This document shows positions 57,524 through 64,000 of a DNA stretch of 64,000 nt, in pieces. Below the pieces are notes generated by a model. It saw only the letters and a list, made by a program, of their open reading frames with translations. It did not search any database and was not told the origin of the DNA. The position numbers were made by a program, and so were the translations under genes. The DNA comes from Verrucomicrobiota bacterium. Its GTDB lineage: Bacteria > Verrucomicrobiota > Lentisphaeria > Lentisphaerales > Lentisphaeraceae. Within the stretch, counting starts at the first letter, position 1. Every line of letters starts with the position of its first letter. Location: positions 128,001 to 192,000 of the forward strand of contig JBDKFG010000001.1 of the NCBI GenBank assembly GCA_039798785.1. Reading direction: 5' to 3'.

Positions 57524-59326
57524 TCATCTCATCAGCTCCTCTTGCAGGGCGGTGGCGGAGAGGAAGAGGAAGAGCGGCGGTTCCCAGCGTTTGAGTTCGT
57601 CTTCGGGAAGTTGCGGCAGGCGCGCGATCAGGGAGGCGAGGGCGGCTTGCGAGTAGAAGGGCGGGCAGCGATCGAGGGCGGCGCGGAGGAGTTCCAGCAG
57701 CGGTGGCTGGGCGATCAGCGGCGGTGCCATGAAGGGGTGTTTGCGGCGGAGGCGCACTGCGTCGGGAATCAGGCCGCGCAGGGCCTGGCGGAGGAGGAAT
57801 TTCTCCTCGCCGTCGCGGATCAATTGGTCCTCGCGCAGGGTGGCGGCGAAGTCGCAGAGGCGGTGGTCGAGGAAGGGGACGCGTCCCTCGACGCCGTGCG
57901 GCATTTCGCAGCCGTCGCCGAGGGTGCGCAGGATGTATTGCGGCAGGGCGCTTTTGATCCAGGCGAGGAGGCTCAGGTCGAGCGGGCTGCGGCCTGGTGC
58001 GGCGTCGGAAAAACCGGGCTGGCGCAGGGCCTCGAGGAAGGGGTCGCGTCCGGCGAAGGGGGCGAGGAAGCCGGGTTCGAGCAGCGAGTGGTGGGCGAGG
58101 CCGAGGGAGGCCTTGGCGGGGAAGAAGGCGGGCAAGGAGCCGAGTTCTCGGCGGGCCGCGTCGAGCGGCAGGCCGGCGCCGGCGGCGTGCATGATGCCGC
58201 GCACCGCGGCGTCGTCGCGTCCGGGGATGAGGAAGGGGTAGCCGGCGAAGAGTTCGTCGGCGCCCTCGCCGCTCAATGCGAGCTTGCGGCCGGAGGCGCG
58301 GATGGCGGCGTTGAGGAGGAACTTGGCGGCGTGGTGGCCGTTGATGCAGAGGCTCTCCGAACCGCGCACGGCGGCGGCGAAATGGGTGGCGACGGCGGTG
58401 GCGTCGACCCGCACTTCTTCGAGCGGCAGGTCGAGATGGCGGGCGGTGGCGCGGGCCTGCTCAAGCTCGTCGTAGGCGCTGCCGGGGTAGCTGACGGTGA
58501 AGAGCCGCAGGTCGCGCCGCTGCTGCGCGGCGAGGCAGGCGATGGCGGTGGAATCGAGGCCGCCGCTGAGGTGGATCGCCGGGGAGTGCGGCGTGCGCAA
58601 ACGCAGCGACACCGCCTCCTCCAGTTCGCCAAGAAGCAGCGCCGCGGCCTCGGCGTCGCTGCGTTCCTGCGGACGCCGCAAGGGCAGCTCCCAGTAGCTT
58701 TGTTCACGCAGGCTGCGGTCACTCAGGTCGACCTCGAGGAAGTGGCCGGGACGGACCATCGAGATGCCGGCGAAGAGGCTGCGATCGAGGTCGTGATATT
58801 GCCGCGAGGCCGCCTGGAAGAAGGCCTCTTCGTCCCAGCCGAGCGGGAAGCCGAGGGCGCGGATCGCCTTGAGCTCCGAGCTGAAGACGAGGGACGAGGC
58901 GTCGCGGCGCCAGTAGAGCGGCTTGATGCCGAAGCGGTCGCGAGCGGCGTAGAGGCGGTTTTTGCGGCGGTCGCAGAGGACGAAGGCGAACTCGCCGCGC
59001 AGCTTACGGAAGCCGTCGGGTCCGCGCCGGGCGTAGAGTTGGAGAAGGAGCTCCGAATCGCCGGTGGCGGCGGGGGCGTCGAGTTCGCGGCGCAATTCCT
59101 CGGCGCCGTAGAATTCGCCGTTGACCACCGCGGCGAGGCCGTGTTCCTCGTCGAACAGCGGTTGCGGCACCGGCACGGCGCTCGACAGGCTGAGCAGGGT
59201 GTGACCGAGGAAGAGGCCGGGCTGCGACCATTCGCCGCGCCCCTCGGGACCGCGCGGCGCGAGGGCGGCCAGGGCCGCATCGGTGCGGGCCGGGATCTCC
59301 CCGGCGATGGCGAGGAGGCCGCACAT
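57524..59326 (-). CDS. asnB: Asparagine synthetase B-like glutamine amidotransferase
   Basis: N-terminal MCG, RGPE, VVNGEFY, RDRFGIKPLY, LSGGLDS, SGEGADELFAGY, EGRVPFLD. May act as a tailoring enzyme rather than a housekeeping AsnB. Confidence 0.9.
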   Translation of the reverse strand: MCGLLAIAGEIPARTDAALAALAPRGPEGRGEWSQPGLFLGHTLLSLSSAVPVPQPLFDEEHGLAAVVNGEFYGAEELRRELDAPAATGDSELLLQLYARRGPDGFRKLRGEFAFVLCDRRKNRLYAARDRFGIKPLYWRRDASSLVFSSELKAIRALGFPLGWDEEAFFQAASRQYHDLDRSLFAGISMVRPGHFLEVDLSDRSLREQSYWELPLRRPQERSDAEAAALLLGELEEAVSLRLRTPHSPAIHLSGGLDSTAIACLAAQQRRDLRLFTVSYPGSAYDELEQARATARHLDLPLEEVRVDATAVATHFAAAVRGSESLCINGHHAAKFLLNAAIRASGRKLALSGEGADELFAGYPFLIPGRDDAAVRGIMHAAGAGLPLDAARRELGSLPAFFPAKASLGLAHHSLLEPGFLAPFAGRDPFLEALRQPGFSDAAPGRSPLDLSLLAWIKSALPQYILRTLGDGCEMPHGVEGRVPFLDHRLCDFAATLREDQLIRDGEEKFLLRQALRGLIPDAVRLRRKHPFMAPPLIAQPPLLELLRAALDRCPPFYSQAALASLIARLPQLPEDELKRWEPPLFLFLSATALQEELMR

Positions 59327-59374
59327 CAGGAGGGACCCCAGGTTGAAAGGTTGGAAGCTTGGAAGCTGGTTCTT

Positions 59375-59610
59375 GCCCCAACGGGGCAGCCGGCAGATAG
59401 CCCAGGGTGTAGACCGAGGAACGAGGTCAAACCCTGGGTGGGGATCAGCGCCCAATTCAGCCCCGGAGGGGCGTTCAGAATGCCGCTCGCGTTTCTTGAT
59501 GGCGCATTTTCTGGACGCCCCTCCGGGGCTCGGCGTCTGTTGTTGGCCAACCCAGGGTTTGCTCCTTCGTCGCTACACCCTGGGCTAACTGCCGGCCGCC
59601 CCGCTGGGGC
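59375..59610. repeat. Nested palindromic MITE/REP-like element, copy 1
   Basis: Terminal inverted repeats gccccaacggggcagccggcagatagcccagggtgtag / ctacaccctgggctaactgccggccgccccgctggggc; internal ccccggaggggcg / cgcccctccgggg. Confidence 0.85.
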
Positions 59611-59698
59611 GCAATCTGAAGCGGCTGGGAATCCCGCCGCCTGAGTGAGATTGAATAGGTTTGAATCGATGATGTTCATTGGGCATCCTTCGAACGAT

Positions 59699-60514
59699 TC
59701 AGATCTCGACGATGAGTTTGTGGCTTTCGCTGTCGCTTTCGATCAGTCCGGGGAGTTCGGCGGCGGGACGCGGCGGCGCGAGCAGATCGGAGAGATCGAG
59801 CTCGGTCAGCAAGGCCAAGGCCGCGTCGAAGGGCAGGTAGCGGCGGGCCTCGAGTTTGAGTTCGCGTTCGATGAGGAGATTGAGGGGGACTTCGATCGAG
59901 CCGGGGTGGCGGCTCTTGAGGATCAGGCTGCCGCCGGGACGCAGCAGCTCGAGGGCGGCGCGCAGGGCGGCGGGACGCGGATCGGTTTCGATCACCCAGT
60001 CGCAGGAGGCGGGCTCAGGCTCGGCGATCGGACTGAAGCCGCGGCGGCGCAGGATCCGTTCGCAGAGGCTGCGGATGCGTCCCGAGCCGGCCACCGCGAT
60101 GCGTCCCTGCAGCGGCGCGAGCAGGATGGCGCCGCAGGCGGCCACCGGTTCGGCGGCGGCGGCTTTGAGCGGATCGAGTCCGGGCGGCAGCGGGAAGAGG
60201 CAGGCCTCCGGCACGGCGAGGAATTCGGCGAAGCAGCCGGGACGATCGATGCCGAGGAAGCCGCCGTCGGGCAGCAGCGGATTGACCGCGACGAGCGTGC
60301 CGGACTCGAAGCGGCGCGAGGTGACCACCTCGGCGCTGCATTCATGGCCGAGCACCCAGCCTTCACGCGGACCATAAAGCCCCTGGAGCACCTGCCGGTC
60401 GCTGCGGCAGATGCCGGCGTAGCGCACCCGCAGCAGCGCCTCATCGGGGCCGGCTTGCGGCTCGGGAATGTCAGCCGGGACAAGCCGGCCGTCGGTGCAA
60501 ATCCAGGCTTTCAT
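59699..60514 (-). CDS. Zinc-dependent medium-chain dehydrogenase/reductase, short form
   Basis: GICRSD, LGHECS, GCFAEF, AEPVAA; no structural-zinc Cys lobe; degenerate Rossmann motif GSGRIR. Confidence 0.85.
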   Translation of the reverse strand: MKAWICTDGRLVPADIPEPQAGPDEALLRVRYAGICRSDRQVLQGLYGPREGWVLGHECSAEVVTSRRFESGTLVAVNPLLPDGGFLGIDRPGCFAEFLAVPEACLFPLPPGLDPLKAAAAEPVAACGAILLAPLQGRIAVAGSGRIRSLCERILRRRGFSPIAEPEPASCDWVIETDPRPAALRAALELLRPGGSLILKSRHPGSIEVPLNLLIERELKLEARRYLPFDAALALLTELDLSDLLAPPRPAAELPGLIESDSESHKLIVEI

Positions 60515-60580
60515 GGCGGGGCTCCCCTGGGGTTTTAGTGGGACTCGATCGTCCCGATGGAGGTAGTTGATGGTTGATGT

Positions 60581-60808
60581 GCCCTGAAAGGGCAGCCTGA
60601 CCTTAGCCCGGGGTGGAGCCGCAGGCGAAACCCCGGGTGTGCGTGAATTGAGATTGAGCCCTGTAGGGGCGGCCTGAGATGTGGCGTCTCATCGGGATCT
60701 CCTTGGTCATTTCGCCCTTTCAGGGCTCGGATGTATTTCTCTTTACCCGGGGTTGCGCCTCGTGCCTCGGCTTCACCCCGGGCTAAGGTCAGGTCGCCCC
60801 TTTGGGGC
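60581..60808. repeat. Nested palindromic MITE/REP-like element, copy 2 (overlaps the macrodomain gene stop)
   Basis: gccctgaaagggcagcctgaccttagcccggggtggagccg / cggcttcaccccgggctaaggtcaggtcgcccctttggggc; same architecture as 59375-59610. Confidence 0.85.
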
Positions 60809-61679
60809 TGCAGGGCGCGAAGGCCGCGCGCAGTTCCTGGTAACGGTACCATTCGATCTGAGAGAGGTGGAGTTCTTCGATGGGGCTGAAGTCTTCGTTC
60901 AGCAAGGGGCGCAAGCCGTGAGCGAAGTCGTCGAGATCGAGATTGCCGAAGCCGGTGGCGAGAGCAGCCATGGCGACTCGTTTGGCGCCAAGGTCTGCCG
61001 CCTTTTGCAGGGCGACGCGACAGGTTTTGGTGATCATTTCGACGGATGACTGATAGAAGCCATCGATGGCGACTGCATGCAGGACGCCGAGATAGGGACT
61101 GTTTGGCGATTGCCAGAGGAAGACCTCGCCCGGGCGGGCGAAGCAGCGTTCCCGGTCCTTGAGCAGGGCGTGCAGCTCCTCCTGCATGCCGCCGCCATAA
61201 CGCAGCAGCAGTTCACCGCCGACACCGCCGGTCAGGTTAAGGCTGACATTGGCGGAGCAGACCAGGACATCGGCGGGGATGTCAAGCAGGTTGCCGTGGT
61301 GGAGGTGGAGGTGCATGGGCTGATAATAGCTATAGCGTGTGCATCCCGTGAGTTTGATAGCTTCTCCATGGCGGAGGAAATACTCCGCCTCGATTTGAGC
61401 GTTGGAGATGGATTCACCTTTTGCCATTCGGAGGACAAAATCATAAAACCATTCGGCCTTGGCGTTTCTAAAATGCTCGAGCCAATACGGATCGTCTACA
61501 ACTTTATCAAGGGCAATTCCGCCGCCACTGAAATTCCAGGAGTTTCCACCCCAGAACTCGATTCGGTCGTCGCACGCTTCAAGCAGATATCCGACTCCGT
61601 AGGAAGTGGCTCTTGGTTTGTCGACGTACTCGCCAATCACAAACGCCTGGATTTTTCGCGCGGTTTTTCGAGGTTTCAT
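60789..61679 (-). CDS. Macrodomain protein with an unknown lower-GC N-terminal domain
   Basis: From the internal Met at 61316: HGNLLDIPADVLVCSAN, GGVGG, VLHAV, ALATGFG. The first ~121 codons are unrelated and AT-richer. Confidence 0.85.
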   Translation of the reverse strand: MKPRKTARKIQAFVIGEYVDKPRATSYGVGYLLEACDDRIEFWGGNSWNFSGGGIALDKVVDDPYWLEHFRNAKAEWFYDFVLRMAKGESISNAQIEAEYFLRHGEAIKLTGCTRYSYYQPMHLHLHHGNLLDIPADVLVCSANVSLNLTGGVGGELLLRYGGGMQEELHALLKDRERCFARPGEVFLWQSPNSPYLGVLHAVAIDGFYQSSVEMITKTCRVALQKAADLGAKRVAMAALATGFGNLDLDDFAHGLRPLLNEDFSPIEELHLSQIEWYRYQELRAAFAPCSPKGAT

Positions 61680-61706
61680 TTGGCTTCTTTATTTGGTGCT
61701 GAAGAT

Positions 61707-61803
61707 GTGGCTCGATCGTCCCGATCGAGGGTAGCTGCAGGTCGATATCTGTCGATGTCTATCGATATCACGATAGCTATCGAAGGTGTCGACAGATGTC
61801 GAA
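61707..61803. repeat. GTGG-tailed palindrome gtggctcgatcgtcccgatcgag plus decamer array
   Basis: Near-identical module at 62780-62857; variants at 60538-60562, 63739-63761 and 63775-63797 (inverted). Confidence 0.8.
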
Positions 61804-61806
61804 TAC

Positions 61807-62721
61807 TTAGAAACCCACAAACTGCCTCTCCATCAGCTCGCTCAATCCCGGCTGACGCAGGATCAGGTCGCGCCACTCGGCGGGCAGACATTCGGGACCG
61901 TGGACAATGGCGGCAAGAGGTGCGGTGATTGCGGCGGTGGTGTCGGTGTCGCCGCCGAGATTGACGGCACGCAGGGTGATGTCGGCGAAGCTGCCACCCT
62001 TGGCGAGGCACCAGAGGCTGGCTTCGAGGCTGTGGACGACATAGCCGTCGCTGGAAATGGCGTCTTCGTCGGCCTGAAGGACGCTGCCGTCGAGGATACG
62101 ATCCAAGGGATTGAGATCGTCCGCGGCCAGCCAGGGTTTGATGTCCTTGACGGCGCGGGCCAAGGCCACCGCGACGGCATGCCCATGAAGCAGTTCGCGA
62201 ATGACGAGCGCGTAGATCTGGCAGCAGGCGCGGCTGCGCGAATGGGCGTGGGTCAAGGCGCTCCAGGTGCCGACGCGCTGGATCAGCTGCCCCGTGGGCA
62301 GGTCCTTTAGGGCCAAGGCCACCGGCAGGATGCGCATCAGCGAGCCGTTGCCGTTGTCGAATTCGCTGGTGCCGCCCCAGGGGGGTGACAGTTGACGTTG
62401 ATAGGCCTGAATGGCTTTTTTGGTGGCGATACCGATATCAAAGACATGATTGTTGACGGCCCAATACCCCTTGCTGAACCAGCGATCGAAGCGAGCCATG
62501 GCGACTTCGGGTTGATCGCCTTCGGTGACCAGCGTTTCCCAAGAGCAGAGCATCAAGGCGCCGTCGTCGCTCCAGGTGCCGGCATGTCGCCCCCAACGTC
62601 CGCCGCTACGCATGCCTCTGACGGGCTCGAAGTGCAGTTCGTCACGATCGCAAAATTCCACCGGCACGCCGAGGGCGTCGCCGATGAGGTGGGCGAGGAG
62701 AAGGTGGGAGTAGGGGTTCAT
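61807..62721 (-). CDS. ADP-ribosylglycohydrolase (DraG/ARH family)
   Basis: GDALGVPVEF, GTWSDDG, FDIG, NGNGSLMRILP, SALTHAH, GYVVHSLEA, AVNLGGDTDTTAA. Confidence 0.94.
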   Translation of the reverse strand: MNPYSHLLLAHLIGDALGVPVEFCDRDELHFEPVRGMRSGGRWGRHAGTWSDDGALMLCSWETLVTEGDQPEVAMARFDRWFSKGYWAVNNHVFDIGIATKKAIQAYQRQLSPPWGGTSEFDNGNGSLMRILPVALALKDLPTGQLIQRVGTWSALTHAHSRSRACCQIYALVIRELLHGHAVAVALARAVKDIKPWLAADDLNPLDRILDGSVLQADEDAISSDGYVVHSLEASLWCLAKGGSFADITLRAVNLGGDTDTTAAITAPLAAIVHGPECLPAEWRDLILRQPGLSELMERQFVGF

Positions 62722-62857
62722 GGGGTTTTTCCTGTCGTTCTTCTACTGGATCACTGGCGTCCCGTCGGCTTTGCTCAATGTGGCTCGATCGTCCCGATCG
62801 AAAGCAACTAAAGCCTGATATCTATCGATGTCTGTCGATATCACGATAGCTATCGAT
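62722..62857. repeat. Composite intergenic repeat module (RBS region + two REP-like palindromes + decamers)
   Basis: 62718-62801 resembles 63678-63761 across ~85 bp; 62780-62857 resembles 61707-61783. Confidence 0.8.
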
Positions 62858-62875
62858 AACGAGTTGCGCGATTAT

Positions 62876-63682
62876 TCAGTCGAACCACTTGGCAAAGGCC
62901 TGTCTGCGAACATCGCCCTTGCTTTCGTAGATGGCGAAGACGACTTCCTTGAAGACGCCGCGGAATTCGCCGTGGAGCGCTTCATGGAAGAGGTGAGCCA
63001 CGAGTTCAGGGTCGTTGCCGAAGACGCCGCAGCCCCAGGCGCCGAGCACCAGGCGATCCTCGCCGCGAGAGGCGACGATGGCCAGAAGACGGCTGATGCG
63101 GCGGGCGAAACACGCTTCCAGACTGGGCAGGGATTCAGGCTCCTGACTGGCGACGGCACCGGCGTTGGGCGCTGGCGAAGTGATCACCGAGACCAGGACA
63201 GGTGCATCCAGCCAGCCCCCTTCGTCGTCGCGGAAGAAGGGAACGCCCGGCGAGTAGATCATGTGATCGGTGTAGAGCAGCGTCTTGTAGTACTTGTTGT
63301 CGCGGTAGTAATTCGGTTGAGTGAGCAAGCAAGGATGCAGGGCGCTCGAACGAGTCAGTGCCTCCTCTTGGGCTTGCGCGCCGGAAAGGAAGCCGCCGCC
63401 GGGGTTTTTCGCGGAGGCGAAATTGAGGGCGCAGACGCGACCGCTCGCGGCAAGGCGACAGGAGGCCGCCATGGTGCTTTCCGCGGTGACCGCAAAACGG
63501 GTTTCATGCCGTCCTGGCAAGACCGTTGGGATCAATGCGTCAGGGCGGATGCCGACGGTGCCGGAGATCGCCGCCTGGATGGATGCGGCAAGCTCGATTC
63601 TGCGCTCGCCGAGGGTGTAGTAGCCGTCTTCTATGGCTTTCAAAGTCTGTTGCGCGCAAAGCACGCGTTGGTCACGATTCAT
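62876..63682 (-). CDS. TIGR02452/DUF2263-family protein (bacterial-type PARG-like macro fold)
   Basis: LNFASAKNPGGGFLSGAQAQEEAL (GGG-x7-QEE), IYSPGVPFFRD, ITSPAPN, LVLGAWGCGVFGN. Confidence 0.93.
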   Translation of the reverse strand: MNRDQRVLCAQQTLKAIEDGYYTLGERRIELAASIQAAISGTVGIRPDALIPTVLPGRHETRFAVTAESTMAASCRLAASGRVCALNFASAKNPGGGFLSGAQAQEEALTRSSALHPCLLTQPNYYRDNKYYKTLLYTDHMIYSPGVPFFRDDEGGWLDAPVLVSVITSPAPNAGAVASQEPESLPSLEACFARRISRLLAIVASRGEDRLVLGAWGCGVFGNDPELVAHLFHEALHGEFRGVFKEVVFAIYESKGDVRRQAFAKWFD

Positions 63683-63798
63683 GGAGTGTTTCCTGTGGTT
63701 CATCTATTGGATCGCCGACGTCCCGCCGGCTGTGTTTCGTGGCTCGACCATCTTGGTCGAGGTGTTAGAATGAACTCGAGCTGGAAGCTCGAGCCACG

Positions 63799-64000
63799 TC
63801 AGTTGATCTCCACCCCCTCCTTCCGCATTTCGTCGATCGCGGCGGGAATGTCGTCGGGGCTGAGGCCGACGCCGCGGCAGGCGTCGAGGAGGAGGCGGAC
63901 GCGGAAGCCGAGGCGGAGGGCGTCGAGGGCGGTGGCGCGGACGCAGTAGTCGGTGGCGAGGCCGCAGATGCTGACGGCGTCGACGCCTTGCGCCTTCAGC
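63799..64000 (-). CDS. pncA: Nicotinamidase/pyrazinamidase (C-terminal part; start lies outside the window)
   Basis: Manual translation: LKAQGVDAVSICGLATDYCVRATALDALRLGFRVRLLLDACRGVGLSPDDIPAAIDEMRKEGVEIN*. GLATDYCV carries the catalytic Cys. Confidence 0.9.
   Translation of the reverse strand, partial: LKAQGVDAVSICGLATDYCVRATALDALRLGFRVRLLLDACRGVGLSPDDIPAAIDEMRKEGVEIN

Noticed and set aside
59283..59679. ORFs across the palindromic elements (also 60535-60852)
   Set aside because: They derive from the inverted-repeat elements and show no coding signal.
61680..63797. Recurring palindromes as a CRISPR array or integron attC sites
   Set aside because: Copies are separated by whole genes rather than 30-40 bp spacers; no cas or integrase gene; no clear RYYYAAC/GTTRRRY boxes.

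Overview
High-GC bacterial chromosomal window. The gene repertoire (Cys-type sulfatases, prepilin-like protein, ECF sigma/Ser-Thr kinase pair, cytochrome-PA14-propeller protein, short dcw block) suggests a PVC-superphylum organism such as Lentisphaerae; this is inference only. 1-33 kb is mostly housekeeping: hemC, thrC, cinA, gpmI, slyD, a short Rho, kdsD, ispE, mraZ-rsmH-ftsL-ftsI and rsmI. It also holds two paralogous RTX-like proteins, an orphan CheY/CheC pair, a PilB/GspE ATPase with a pseudo-receiver domain inserted inside its zinc motif, and a small low-GC insert after gpmI. 33-47 kb holds an ECF sigma plus a kinase with a WNK-like displaced lysine, and a ~10 kb sulfatase island bracketed by a duplicated 3' end of a pilin-like gene. 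49.4-64 kb is a co-oriented minus-strand cluster. NAD/ADP-ribose processing genes (pncA, PARG-like TIGR02452, ADP-ribosylglycohydrolase, macrodomain) run into an apparent biosynthetic module (MDR dehydrogenase, AsnB-like amidotransferase, A-T-R NRPS-like reductase, NadR-like adenylyltransferase/kinase, methyltransferase, Fe/2OG-type dioxygenase). A TA pair, a deleted YhcG/RhuM pair and several repeat families interrupt it. This cluster is the best candidate for an undescribed system. No rRNA, tRNA, CRISPR array, integrase or transposase was recognised. Family assignments come from motifs read by eye, not from database searches.
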